In this document: positions 23,522 to 33,615 of the stretch, one piece after another
How positions within the stretch are numbered: the stretch's first letter is position 1
Layout: every line of letters begins with the position of its first letter
Position numbers and translations under genes: made by a program
Source of the DNA: Coprothermobacterota bacterium
GTDB lineage: Bacteria; Coprothermobacterota; Coprothermobacteria; Coprothermobacterales; Coprothermobacteraceae
Direction: 5' to 3'
Assembly (NCBI GenBank): GCA_036679065.1
Contig: JAZIGN010000003.1
Location: 96,001 to 160,000 of the forward strand
DNA length: 64,000 nucleotides
The notes under the pieces: model-generated
What the model saw: only the letters and a program-made list of their open reading frames with translations
Databases searched by the model: none
Told to the model about the DNA's origin: nothing

Positions 23522-25945
23522 ATGAAGAAGATTGCAGTGGGGCTGCTGGTAGTTATGCTAGTAGCTTCATCCTTTGTGGGGTTCTCCCCTGTCAATGCAG
23601 CTAACTTCTCCGACGTACCTAAGACGCATCAGTATTACAAGTACATCACTAAATTAGCTGATGCAGGTATCGTAAAAGGAAGGTCTGCTACACAGTACGC
23701 ACCAAACGCCACTTTAAATCGTGCAGAATTGGCCACCTTGTTGGTCAACCTCAAGAAACTGCCACTGGAGACTTCTAAACAGTACTTCAAAGACGTACCA
23801 AAAGGCACATGGTATTACGGTTACGTTAACGCAGCTGCAAAAGCTGGCTTAGTAACTGGTTACGAAGATGGCACTTACAGACCCAACAACCCAGTAACCC
23901 GTGCAGAGCTGGCAGTAGTCGGCTTAAGAGGGTTAGGCGTAACACAAGCTACCATTGATCAGTATGCAAAGAACCCAATTTATCTTTCCAGTGATGAAAG
24001 CAAGTACACCAACTACTGGGCGAAGGGATGGCTAACAGCAGCCATTATGCCCAGGTATCAAGTACTTTCTTGGAGGCAGCCTGGCAGGTTAATTGCTGCA
24101 GACAAGGCAGCCACCAGAGGAGAAGCAGCTTACACCATTTACAAGATGAAATGGCCTGTAAAGAAAGGTGGACAACTTTACGTAATCCAGAGTGAAGAAC
24201 CCGCTACGTTGTTCAACCCATTGGACTCCATGGCAGCCATGAACCAGATACTGGCATTGGTTCAGGACGCTGAGCAAGGTTCTGACTGGAGAGGCAACTG
24301 GTGGCCACAGTTAGGACGCTGGGTACCTACCACTGAGAACGGCAAACAGGTCATTTACGAAAAACCACAGACCATTACGCTGGCGGACGGAACCAAAGTA
24401 CCCATTTACATGCGGTACGATTTTGGTTTAAGACCGGGTCTTAAGTGGAGCGATGGACAACCTATTACCGCTGATGACTTTATCTTTGGTACATTGCTGT
24501 ATTTGGCTAAAGATATGCCCGTACCAGGACTTGACCCCTATGACAGCGTAGCCAGAATTGAGAAGCTGGATAATTACACCATCAGAGTTTATTTCACAGC
24601 TGTAGACAAAAACAACCCCTACAACGTTTATGCCAAGTACGGCTTACCACTGTACCCGAAACACTGGTTCGAGCAAAACGTTTTGAAGACCACGGTAACC
24701 TACCCAAAGACTGTTGATTTTGTGCTTAAACACGACGCTAAGATGCAGTATCAATCCGACGTTTCCTACACCCTGCCTAGGAACTTAAAAGAAGTCATGG
24801 ACAAAAACGTAGAAGCCATTGTAAACTGCTCCTACAACACGAAACCCATGCACACTGGACCTTACAAGATCACCAACTGGGTGCAGAAAGGTTACATGGA
24901 GTTTGCACCCGATCCAAACTACTTCCTGGGCCCTGGACTCTTCGACAAAGTCATCATTGCATTCAGAAGTGTGGAATCTGGCTTAGCAGAACTACTCAGA
25001 GGACAGCCTGACTTAGCAATCATGGGTGTTATCAACACACAAAACGCAAAGACACTGGCTGCAAACTCCAGCTTCCTAAAACAGTACAAACTAAACAGCA
25101 TAACCTCGGTATTCTGGCAGCATTTCACCGTTAACTTCGACGATCCAAAGAACCTACCAAAGGACCCCAAACCAGGCGTAGCATACACCCACCCATTCCT
25201 AAGCGACAACAGAGTACGTCAAGCTCTGTCCTACTCCATCAACCGTCAAGACATCTCGAACCGTATCTACTACGGCATGAGACCTCTTTGCTACAACTTC
25301 GTTCTGCCAGGAACCCCTTATGACGAACCTTCTGTGAAGAACGTCTTTACGTATGATCCAGCTAAAGCAAACACTCTTTTACAACAAGCAGGCTTTAAGA
25401 AAGGCACTGATGGCATTTACGCTAAGAATGGAAAGAAGCTCAGTTTGCTTGCAAACATGGGTAACTCCACAGACCCAATCCGTGTTGTTCAGCTTGTGCA
25501 GCAGCAGTACAAGCAAGTGGGTATTAACCTAAACATGCAGGCACTAGACCCTGGTCCATTCTTTAACACCGTACTACCCCACAGACAATTTGAGATGGCT
25601 CTGTTCTCTTGGGGACAAAGCAGCATCCTTGAACCAGGTGGGAACACCTTGTATCAATCTTCCTACATTCCTTCCGAAGCAAATGGCTATCAGGGTCAGA
25701 ACTACAGCGGATTCCGTAACGCGCAGGCAGATGCTTTGATCGCTAAGTGGAATAGTTTCAATACTTCTGAGAGAACAAAAGCTTACAAGGATTTCACCAA
25801 GAATTACTGGTCCGTTTACATGCCAGAGATTCCATTACTATGGACCGACCAGCACGACGCTGTTAAGCTGAACATTGAAGGATACGACATGGGATTGGAC
25901 GTAGCAGCTCACACTTGGAACATTGCTTGGTGGTACAGAGAGTAG
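23522..25945 (+). CDS. SLH-domain family-5 (peptide/nickel/sugar) ABC solute-binding protein, copy 1
   Basis: Signal peptide (VNA-A), SLH repeats (FSDVP, YRPNNPVTRAE), then LRPGLKWSDGQPITADD, TGPYKI and VRQAL..INR. Confidence 0.9.
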   Translation: MKKIAVGLLVVMLVASSFVGFSPVNAANFSDVPKTHQYYKYITKLADAGIVKGRSATQYAPNATLNRAELATLLVNLKKLPLETSKQYFKDVPKGTWYYGYVNAAAKAGLVTGYEDGTYRPNNPVTRAELAVVGLRGLGVTQATIDQYAKNPIYLSSDESKYTNYWAKGWLTAAIMPRYQVLSWRQPGRLIAADKAATRGEAAYTIYKMKWPVKKGGQLYVIQSEEPATLFNPLDSMAAMNQILALVQDAEQGSDWRGNWWPQLGRWVPTTENGKQVIYEKPQTITLADGTKVPIYMRYDFGLRPGLKWSDGQPITADDFIFGTLLYLAKDMPVPGLDPYDSVARIEKLDNYTIRVYFTAVDKNNPYNVYAKYGLPLYPKHWFEQNVLKTTVTYPKTVDFVLKHDAKMQYQSDVSYTLPRNLKEVMDKNVEAIVNCSYNTKPMHTGPYKITNWVQKGYMEFAPDPNYFLGPGLFDKVIIAFRSVESGLAELLRGQPDLAIMGVINTQNAKTLAANSSFLKQYKLNSITSVFWQHFTVNFDDPKNLPKDPKPGVAYTHPFLSDNRVRQALSYSINRQDISNRIYYGMRPLCYNFVLPGTPYDEPSVKNVFTYDPAKANTLLQQAGFKKGTDGIYAKNGKKLSLLANMGNSTDPIRVVQLVQQQYKQVGINLNMQALDPGPFFNTVLPHRQFEMALFSWGQSSILEPGGNTLYQSSYIPSEANGYQGQNYSGFRNAQADALIAKWNSFNTSERTKAYKDFTKNYWSVYMPEIPLLWTDQHDAVKLNIEGYDMGLDVAAHTWNIAWWYRE

Positions 25946-25976
25946 TCGTTCATACTAACTTCTAAGCAACCTTTTC

Positions 25977-26010
25977 AGAGGGGAGCCCAAGTTGGCTCCC
26001 CTCTATTCAT
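25977..26010 (+). terminator. Rho-independent terminator
   Basis: AGAGGGGAGCC-caagtt-GGCTCCCCTCT followed by an AT-rich tail. Confidence 0.75.
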
Positions 26011-26070
26011 TTAAGTATTCTACGGTGTGGTATAATAAATTACAACTTTCTCACATAGGAGGTGTGGGGT

Positions 26071-28494
26071 GTGAAGAAAATTGCAGTGGGGCTGCTGGTA
26101 ATTATGCTAGTAGCTTCATCCTTTGTGGGGTTCTCCCCTGTCAATGCAGCTAACTTCTCCGACGTGCCAAAGACGCACCAGTATTACAAGTACATCAACA
26201 AGTTAGCTGACGCCGGCATCGTAAAAGGAAGGTCCGCTACACAGTACGCACCAGACGCCACTTTAAATCGTGCAGAATTGGCCACATTGTTGGTCAACCT
26301 CAAGAAATTGCCATTAGAGACTTCTAAGCAGTACTTCAAAGACGTAAAACCCGGAACATGGTATTACGGCTACGTTAATGCAGCTGCTAAAGCTGGCTTA
26401 GTAACCGGTTACGAAGATGGCACTTACAGACCCAACAACCCAGTAACCCGTGCAGAGCTGGCCGTAGTAGGTTTAAGAGGACTAGGTGTAACACAAGCTA
26501 CCATTGACCAGTATGCGAAGAATCCAATTTATCTTTCCAGCGATGAAAGCACTTATGCCAACTACTGGGCGAAGGGATGGCTCACAGCAGCTATTATGCC
26601 CAGGTACCAAGTACTCAGCTGGAGGCAGCCTGGCAGGCTAATTGCTGCAGACAAGGCAGCCACCAGAGGAGAAGCAGCTTACACCATTTACAAGATGAAA
26701 TGGCCTGTAAAGAAAGGTGGACAACTTTACATCATTGAGGAACAGGAACCCGCTACATTGTTCAGTGCATTGGACTCCATGGCTGCCATGACGCAGGTTC
26801 TGGCATTGATCATGGATGGTGAGCAGGGCTCTGACTGGAGAGGCAACTGGTGGCCACAAATGGGCCGCTGGGTACCCACCACCGAGAATCGCAAGCAGGT
26901 CATTTACGACAAGCCACAAAAAATAACCCTGCAAGACGGAACACAGGTTGACATTTACATGAGGTACGACTTTGGCCTAAGACAGGGCCTCAAGTGGAGT
27001 GACGGTGAACCCATCACAGCTGACGACATTATCTTCGGCACATTGCTTTATCTGGCAAAGGACATGCCCGTACCGGGTATTGACCCCTATGACAGGATAG
27101 CCAGAATTGAAAAACTTGATGATTACACAATCAGAGTGTACTTCACTGCAATAGATAAGGAAAACCCCTACAACGTTTATGCCAAGTACGGACTACCCAT
27201 GTATCCAAAGCATTGGTTTGAAAAGAACGTTCTTAAGACAACTGTGACATATCCGAAGACCATCGACTTTGTATTGAAACACGATGCAAAACAGCAATAT
27301 TTGTCTGATGTTTCCTACACGTTACCTAGGAACATAAAAGAAGTCATGGACAAAAACGTAGAAGCCATTGTAAACTGCTCCTACAACAGGAAGCCCATGC
27401 ACACTGGACCTTACAAGATCACCAACTGGGTGGAGAAAGGTTACATGGAGTTTGCACCCGATCCAAACTACTTCTTAGGTCCTGGACTCTTCGACAAAGT
27501 AGTATTCGCTTTCAGAAGTGCTGAATCAGGCTTGGCAGAACTGCTAAGGGGACAACCCGATGTGGCAATCATGGGTGTTATCAATACACAAAACGCAAAG
27601 ACACTTTCTGCAAACAGTAACTTCCTAAAGCAGTACAAACTCAACAGCATACCATCGGTGTTCTGGGAGCACTTCACCGTTAACTTTGACGATCCTAACA
27701 ATCTACCTGATGCTCCAAAGCCAGGCGTAGCATACACCCACCCATTCCTAAGCGACAACAGAGTACGTCAAGCACTGTCCTATGCTATTAACCGTCAGGA
27801 CATTTCTAACCGTGTCTACTACGGCATGAGACCTTTGGCTTACTACCACGTGCTACCCGGTAGTGCCTTTGATGAACCATCCCTCAAGAATGTGTTCATA
27901 TATGACCCAGGAAAGGCTGATACGTTGCTGAAACAGGCAGGTTTAACTAAGGGTAGTGACGGAGTATACGCCAAGGGTGGAAAGAAGCTCAGCTTGCTTG
28001 CTCAAACAACTACTAGGACTGACCGTATTAACACACTACAGATTATCCAGCAGCAGTACAAGCAGGTTGGTATAAACCTGAGCATGCAGCCTTTGAACGC
28101 TTCTGACTTCTTCAACACGGTACTGCCACACAGGACGTTTGAACTTGGCCTGTTTGCTTGGGGACAGAGCAGCATTCTCGAACCAGGTGGAACTACACTG
28201 TACATGTCCAGGTACATTCCTTGCAAAGCTAACGGCTACCAGGGACAGAACTACAGCGGATTCCGCAACGCTGATGCTGACGCCCTCATGAATAAATGGA
28301 CCAGTTTTGACATGACTGAAAGAACAAAAGCTTACAAGGATTTCGGAAAGCTCTACTTTGGTGTTTACATGCCAGAAATGCCAATCGTATGGCATGATCA
28401 GCATGACGCCGTTAAGCTGAACATTGAAGGATACGATCTTGGATTGGACGTAGCAGCTCACACTTGGAACATCGCTTGGTGGTACAGAGAGTAG
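26071..28494 (+). CDS. SLH-domain family-5 ABC solute-binding protein, copy 2 (tandem paralog)
   Basis: Colinear with 23522..25945. Has its own TGGTATAAT promoter (~26028-26036) and SD AGGAGG before GTG 26071. Confidence 0.9.
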   Translation: MKKIAVGLLVIMLVASSFVGFSPVNAANFSDVPKTHQYYKYINKLADAGIVKGRSATQYAPDATLNRAELATLLVNLKKLPLETSKQYFKDVKPGTWYYGYVNAAAKAGLVTGYEDGTYRPNNPVTRAELAVVGLRGLGVTQATIDQYAKNPIYLSSDESTYANYWAKGWLTAAIMPRYQVLSWRQPGRLIAADKAATRGEAAYTIYKMKWPVKKGGQLYIIEEQEPATLFSALDSMAAMTQVLALIMDGEQGSDWRGNWWPQMGRWVPTTENRKQVIYDKPQKITLQDGTQVDIYMRYDFGLRQGLKWSDGEPITADDIIFGTLLYLAKDMPVPGIDPYDRIARIEKLDDYTIRVYFTAIDKENPYNVYAKYGLPMYPKHWFEKNVLKTTVTYPKTIDFVLKHDAKQQYLSDVSYTLPRNIKEVMDKNVEAIVNCSYNRKPMHTGPYKITNWVEKGYMEFAPDPNYFLGPGLFDKVVFAFRSAESGLAELLRGQPDVAIMGVINTQNAKTLSANSNFLKQYKLNSIPSVFWEHFTVNFDDPNNLPDAPKPGVAYTHPFLSDNRVRQALSYAINRQDISNRVYYGMRPLAYYHVLPGSAFDEPSLKNVFIYDPGKADTLLKQAGLTKGSDGVYAKGGKKLSLLAQTTTRTDRINTLQIIQQQYKQVGINLSMQPLNASDFFNTVLPHRTFELGLFAWGQSSILEPGGTTLYMSRYIPCKANGYQGQNYSGFRNADADALMNKWTSFDMTERTKAYKDFGKLYFGVYMPEMPIVWHDQHDAVKLNIEGYDLGLDVAAHTWNIAWWYRE

Positions 28495-28527
28495 TCATTC
28501 ATACTAATTTCTAAGCAACCTTTTCAA

Positions 28528-28561
28528 AGGGGAGCCCAAGTTGGGCTCCCCTCTTCTTTTT
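28528..28561 (+). terminator. Rho-independent terminator (duplicate of the one at 25977)
   Basis: AGGGGAGCCC-aagtt-GGGCTCCCCT followed by CTTCTTTTT. Confidence 0.8.
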
Positions 28562-28678
28562 ATCAAACGAAAGCCATGAAGAACATCAGTCTTGTGCTTT
28601 ATAATGAAAAAGGTTATATGTCGCTGGTGAAACGCACATGTTCACGAAAACAAGTGTGATTTACAGGAGGTGCTTGTT

Positions 28679-28972
28679 GTGTTTAACATATCCCCCGAAA
28701 CGCTGAAGCATTTGGAAGAGCTCGCCCAACTGGAGCTACCTCTGGGCTTGGAGGAAAAAATGCTTCAGGACTTGAACCACATACTGAGTACCTTTGAAGT
28801 GATAAGCGTGGTTGAGAAACCGCCCGAAAGCGGCGTGGAACAATCAGCTTTCTTAAGAGCTGACCAGCCACTGCCTTATACTGATGCATCCAGGTTGTTT
28901 GACCCAAGCAGGCTCAAGAACGGCTTTCTCAGAGTAAAACCTGTGCTCGAAGATAAAGAAGAAGAGGGTTAA
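28679..28972 (+). CDS. gatC: Asp/Glu-tRNA amidotransferase subunit C
   Basis: HLEELAQL, LRAD and GFLRVKPV; directly upstream of gatA; SD AGGAGG. Confidence 0.85.
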   Translation: MFNISPETLKHLEELAQLELPLGLEEKMLQDLNHILSTFEVISVVEKPPESGVEQSAFLRADQPLPYTDASRLFDPSRLKNGFLRVKPVLEDKEEEG

Positions 28973-28977
28973 GGTTT

Positions 28978-30372
28978 ATGAACATAAAAGAAGTTTTCAC
29001 CAAAAGACAAAACGGCGAGATTACCTTTAAAGGCTTAATGCAGAAAACCATCGAAAAACTGGAACAAGACAAAGAACTACATGCTTTCCTTCATCTGAAG
29101 CACCCTTCTGAGCTTATACGAGAGGCTGAGGAGGCAGACAAGGCTTGGGAAAAAGGGGTTAGAAGACCCCTGCAGGGTATACCGGTAGCAGTAAAGGATA
29201 ATATTTGCGTAAGCAGCATGCCATGCACGTGTGCGAGCAAAGTTCTTCAAGATTTTGTAGCCCCCTATGATGCGACGGTGGTCAAGAAATTAAAAGAATC
29301 TGGAGCCATCATTGTAGGTAAAACCAACCTAGATGAGTTTGCCATGGGCAGCTCAAGCGAAAACTCAGCTTTTGGACCTACCAAAAACCCCTTAGACCTT
29401 TCAAGGTCGCCTGGCGGTTCTTCTGGCGGTTCTGCAGCAGCAGTAGCAGCGGACATGTGCATGGTGGCTTTGGGGTCTGACACTGGCGGCTCGGTAAGAC
29501 AGCCTGCTGCTTTCACCGGTATTATTGGATTCAAGCCCAGTTACGGTGCCATCTCCAGGTATGGTTTAGTTGCCTTTGCATCATCATTGGATCAAATAGG
29601 TATACTGGCAAAAACCCCTGAAGATGTCCTTCTTACCTCTTTTGTCCTCTTTGGGAAAGACCACTTGGACAGCACAACCACAGATGTTTTCATGGACTTT
29701 TCTCCCAAGGCAAGCGAGGTAAGGCGGATCGGCTTAGTAAAGGAAGTTGATATTAGTGCAGTGGACCCACAGGTCAAAGAAGGTTATGAATTATTCGTGC
29801 AACAACTCTCTAGGGACTTTGACGTGATGGAGGTCTCTATTCGGCATTGGGAAGAAGCTCTTGCTGCTTATTACTTCATTGCACCTGCTGAAGCCTCCTC
29901 CAATCTTGCCCGCTATGACGGTGTAAGGTATGGAACCATGGTGGAAGAAGAAACTTACTGGGACACAGTAAGGGAAACACGTAATCTACTAGGAGAAGAA
30001 GTAAAACGCCGCATACTACTGGGTTCTTTTGCCTTGTCAGCAGGTTTTAAGGACGCACTTTATGAAAAGGCAAATTACCTACGTCGCTGGCTTGTATTGG
30101 AATTCGCGCAAGCATTCAAAGACGTGGACCTTCTACTTACTCCAACCACCCCCACTCTGCCTTTCAAATTGGGTGAAGTAAAAGATCCATTACAACTATA
30201 CAAGGCAGACCTCTTTACCACGCCAGCAAACTTGGCTTACTTGCCTGCAGTTAGTATTCCATTTAAAGCTACAGGCGAACCCTTACCAGTGGGCTTGCAG
30301 TTTATTGCGCCCTTCGGACAAGACCACAAACTTCTCAGTTTTATAGGAGAGCTGGGGGTGAAAAGCATATGA
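28978..30372 (+). CDS. gatA: Asp/Glu-tRNA amidotransferase subunit A
   Basis: VKDN, GKTNLDEFAMGSS, GGSSGGS, GSDTGGSVRQP and SSNLARYDG. Confidence 0.97.
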   Translation: MNIKEVFTKRQNGEITFKGLMQKTIEKLEQDKELHAFLHLKHPSELIREAEEADKAWEKGVRRPLQGIPVAVKDNICVSSMPCTCASKVLQDFVAPYDATVVKKLKESGAIIVGKTNLDEFAMGSSSENSAFGPTKNPLDLSRSPGGSSGGSAAAVAADMCMVALGSDTGGSVRQPAAFTGIIGFKPSYGAISRYGLVAFASSLDQIGILAKTPEDVLLTSFVLFGKDHLDSTTTDVFMDFSPKASEVRRIGLVKEVDISAVDPQVKEGYELFVQQLSRDFDVMEVSIRHWEEALAAYYFIAPAEASSNLARYDGVRYGTMVEEETYWDTVRETRNLLGEEVKRRILLGSFALSAGFKDALYEKANYLRRWLVLEFAQAFKDVDLLLTPTTPTLPFKLGEVKDPLQLYKADLFTTPANLAYLPAVSIPFKATGEPLPVGLQFIAPFGQDHKLLSFIGELGVKSI

Positions 30373-31793
30373 ATTTCAAGTTCGTAGCAGGGTTGGAAAT
30401 ACACGTTCAGCTTAATACAAAAACAAAAATGTTCTGCAGTTGCCCTACCGAGGGACCAGACATTCCTAATACCCGTGTATGTCCCGTATGCCTTGGATAC
30501 CCAGGAACCCTACCTGTGCTAAACCGTGAAGCCGTTGTCATGGCAATTGCCTTGGGCAAAGCCCTCCACGGCCACATTAATAATATTTCTCGCTTTCACA
30601 GAAAAAACTATTTTTACCCCGATTTACCCAAGGGGTATCAAATAACACAAGGTGACGTACCCATCATAGAAAATGCCTATCTTGAGCTCTCCACCGGTAA
30701 AAAAATCCCCATAAAACGCATTCACCTTGAGGAAGATGCAGCTAAGAGTGTGCATGTGAGCAGCACCGGTAGGCTTTCAGGTGCAGAGGAGACTTTGCTT
30801 GACTTCAATCGCTCTGGCATACCGCTCATTGAAATAGTCACAGACCCAGTTTTCGAATCCCCAGAAGAAGCAGCCCTTTTTGTGGAAGAACTGCAAGCCA
30901 CCTTGAGGTATCTGGGCATAAGCAACGCCCAGATGGAGCTGGGTCAACTACGGTGCGACGTGAATGTGTCTGTGGAACTGGACGGAAAGGAAGGCACTCG
31001 GGTAGAAATTAAGAACCTTAACAGCATCAGAGCCATTAGGCAGGCACTAAGCTATGAGTACAATCGACACGTGGGAGCCTACAAAAGAGGAGAGATCATA
31101 CCACAGGAAACCCTGGCTTTCGACGAAAAGACAAATCAAACTCGTCCTATGCGTACCAAACAAACCTCAGAAGACTACAGGTATTTCCCTGAACCAGACT
31201 TGCCACCACTGGTGCTCACCAGTGATCTTTTTGAAGAAGCAGACAGGTACTCGGGTAGCTTCTTAGAAGCTTACAAGAATGCTTTGCAGTGGATAGGAAA
31301 AGAAAGTGAAGCGCGCACGTTGGCATTAAACAAAGACCAGTACCTAATGTATGCGACATTTGCAAAAGAGGGCTTTGATACAAAACTACTAACGCGGATA
31401 ATCACCATTGACTTGCCCAACATATTGAGTGAAGTTGGCAAAGGCTGGAATGAAATAAACCAGAGCTACATAAGTGCCATTCTAAATCTGCAGCAAAAAG
31501 GAGAAATCACAGCAGCCGTAGCCAAGGACCTTCTCTGGCAAGCTGCCCGCGACATCGACCCGATAAAGTACGCTCAAGAGCATCAGCTCTTGGGCAAGAA
31601 AGACCTAGACTTAGAACAAGTAATTTCCGAAGTGCTAGAGCAAAATCCTGACGCCGTAGAAAAGTACAAGAAAGGAAATGTGAACGTGGTCAGTTTCCTC
31701 CTAGGGCAGGTTATGAGGAAAACTAAAGGCACAGCCGATCCTGGTAAAACAAGGAAGCTTCTTGAAGAACGCTTAACAAAGCTTAGTGAATAA
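30369..31793 (+). CDS. gatB: Asp/Glu-tRNA amidotransferase subunit B
   Basis: GLEIHVQL, RKNYFYPDLPKGYQI, HLEEDA and DYRYFPEPDL. Confidence 0.97.
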   Translation: MNFKFVAGLEIHVQLNTKTKMFCSCPTEGPDIPNTRVCPVCLGYPGTLPVLNREAVVMAIALGKALHGHINNISRFHRKNYFYPDLPKGYQITQGDVPIIENAYLELSTGKKIPIKRIHLEEDAAKSVHVSSTGRLSGAEETLLDFNRSGIPLIEIVTDPVFESPEEAALFVEELQATLRYLGISNAQMELGQLRCDVNVSVELDGKEGTRVEIKNLNSIRAIRQALSYEYNRHVGAYKRGEIIPQETLAFDEKTNQTRPMRTKQTSEDYRYFPEPDLPPLVLTSDLFEEADRYSGSFLEAYKNALQWIGKESEARTLALNKDQYLMYATFAKEGFDTKLLTRIITIDLPNILSEVGKGWNEINQSYISAILNLQQKGEITAAVAKDLLWQAARDIDPIKYAQEHQLLGKKDLDLEQVISEVLEQNPDAVEKYKKGNVNVVSFLLGQVMRKTKGTADPGKTRKLLEERLTKLSE

Positions 31794-33003
31794 TTCTTAC
31801 CAGTAAAGGAGGGCTCCCTTCGTTCTGCAAGGCCCTCCTTAGTATGCTACTGCCTTTAGCCCGTACCACTTTAGCAGATATCTGGCCGCTGAACTGGGAG
31901 CTGCTAAGTTCCACTTCCTCGCCGCTCAGTGTTACGTTGTCTAAGTTGCTCCCATTTACAGTTATATATTTTTCGCTTTGCACGTTTAAATGGTTAATCT
32001 GACTGTCCTTCACTGCAACGTTCTTTGCACCTAAAAGCAGTTCACCATAATAACCACTGCCAACCTCAACGTTACACTCTTGGAAGAAAGAGTTTAAAAA
32101 TGGCACAGTGGCTGTTTGAGTGCCACTGATTACCTTTAGATCCTGCTCATAAACTAAAGTTAACGTTGACGTTTGCAAAGTCAAAGCCTTTCCATCACCA
32201 ACAACAATCGCACTACCCGTGCAGTTATATATCTTTTGAAACTGCTCCACTGGCTTCGCCTCCGGTATTCTTTTCCAAAGCACAACACTTGGTAGCAACT
32301 GTTTCATCCCATCATCAAATTGCGTGATTTTAATGCCCTTTCCCTCAACGCAGTGGTCATAACTGGTGTAGTAACAATGTGAACTAGTCTGAAACATCAA
32401 ATTACTGTATTCGTAACCAGGGGCTCCAGTTTTTGTCCCTTCGCCAGCATAATAAAAAGAATCTTTTTCGTAGGTGGTTTTCATGCCCCTCCAGCCCACA
32501 AACACTATAGTTCTGCGCGTAGAGGAAACATACATGTTCCCCTCATCAATAGCTGGTTGCCACAACGATTCAGTCCAACAAGGCCTGCCGCAGGACAGAA
32601 GTTTTGACGAGCCATAGAAGTAAAATTTTTCAGCTGCCACATCCCCCAACAAGCGACTACCATAGTCCATAGAGAAAGTGGAGCTGGCATTTACTACAAA
32701 AGATGGTACCCATTCCACTGGGAAAGTCCGTTCCATGTCCTCATACTGGACTGCTACTGCTTCTTCAGACCACAGAAAGCTGCAGCCATTGAAAAAGCTA
32801 AGTTTCTCACCATTTTTAGTGTTGTACATATGTTCAGCTACGTCCAAGCATTCCTCTATACGCAGCCGCGCCAAGGCTTTTTCCTCAAGCATCCTTTCGT
32901 GAACTACGCTAAATGCTGAAGCGCTTAAGGTGACAAGCACCATGCTGCATACGAGCATCACAGAAAACAAAACAGCACTACCGGGTAAGTATTTCCCATT
33001 CAT
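31783..33003 (-). CDS. PilX/ComGG-like minor pilin with large beta-rich C-terminal domain
   Basis: N-terminus G-SAVLFSVMLV (hydrophobic, no Glu+5); third gene of a prepilin triad. Confidence 0.55.
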   Translation of the reverse strand: MNGKYLPGSAVLFSVMLVCSMVLVTLSASAFSVVHERMLEEKALARLRIEECLDVAEHMYNTKNGEKLSFFNGCSFLWSEEAVAVQYEDMERTFPVEWVPSFVVNASSTFSMDYGSRLLGDVAAEKFYFYGSSKLLSCGRPCWTESLWQPAIDEGNMYVSSTRRTIVFVGWRGMKTTYEKDSFYYAGEGTKTGAPGYEYSNLMFQTSSHCYYTSYDHCVEGKGIKITQFDDGMKQLLPSVVLWKRIPEAKPVEQFQKIYNCTGSAIVVGDGKALTLQTSTLTLVYEQDLKVISGTQTATVPFLNSFFQECNVEVGSGYYGELLLGAKNVAVKDSQINHLNVQSEKYITVNGSNLDNVTLSGEEVELSSSQFSGQISAKVVRAKGSSILRRALQNEGSPPLLVRIIH

Positions 33004-33274
33004 AGTCCACCCTTTGATTTGGCGTTGCATCATAAACAAATCTTTGAGGACCAAAGATTTGCCTTTCTAGTGGTGTACGTTGCTCAGTAAGCAAAGTATG
33101 CAATGGTGTAGGATTATTTATGGTTTTTCCTGCCTTGTTTAACTGCAGGGAAGCGACGTTTATGTAACTAAAGAGTAGCAACAACAGAAAGCTGGAGGCT
33201 GATAAAGCCAAAAGCAGCTCAATTAAGGTAAAAGCCGGGAAACCCTTGTTCCTGTTATGGAATAATCTTTCCAA
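32978..33274 (-). CDS. Prepilin-type minor pilin (ComGF/PilW-like)
   Basis: Type III signal motif A-FTLIELLLAL. Confidence 0.7.
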   Translation of the reverse strand: MERLFHNRNKGFPAFTLIELLLALSASSFLLLLLFSYINVASLQLNKAGKTINNPTPLHTLLTEQRTPLERQIFGPQRFVYDATPNQRVDYEWEILTR

Positions 33275-33594
33275 TGCACCGTTACCGTAGTTTCTTTGAA
33301 GTTACTTTCACAATTAGGAATTTGCTGTGCTGAAGCACCAAAACTGGAACAGCCCAACGACACGCTTCTAGTAACGCCGTAGTCCACGTTACCACTGTGA
33401 ACCACGAAACTTGTAGCTGTCTCAGAGTACCAAGGTGCATTGTAAAGTTGCTCGTACATTATAGAGGAAGCCACATTCCTTTCCTTCACATAAGTATGTA
33501 TGGTTTGGGCATCCCCGCTGGCGCCAAGCAGAAGTAGACCCGCTAACAGAGTCAGAACTAATGCTATTAGCACCTCTGCATAGGAAATACCCAT
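33223..33594 (-). CDS. Prepilin-type minor pilin (ComGE/PilV-like)
   Basis: G-ISYAEVLIAL N-terminus with Glu at +5; C-terminal Cys pair and TVTVHW. Confidence 0.6.
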   Translation of the reverse strand: MGISYAEVLIALVLTLLAGLLLLGASGDAQTIHTYVKERNVASSIMYEQLYNAPWYSETATSFVVHSGNVDYGVTRSVSLGCSSFGASAQQIPNCESNFKETTVTVHWKDYSITGTRVSRLLP

Positions 33595-33615
33595 GTTCTA
33601 TACTATAATACCACT

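Noticed and set aside
28560..28678. T-box leader upstream of gatCAB
   Set aside because: The region is too short and lacks the GGTGGNACC T-box sequence.
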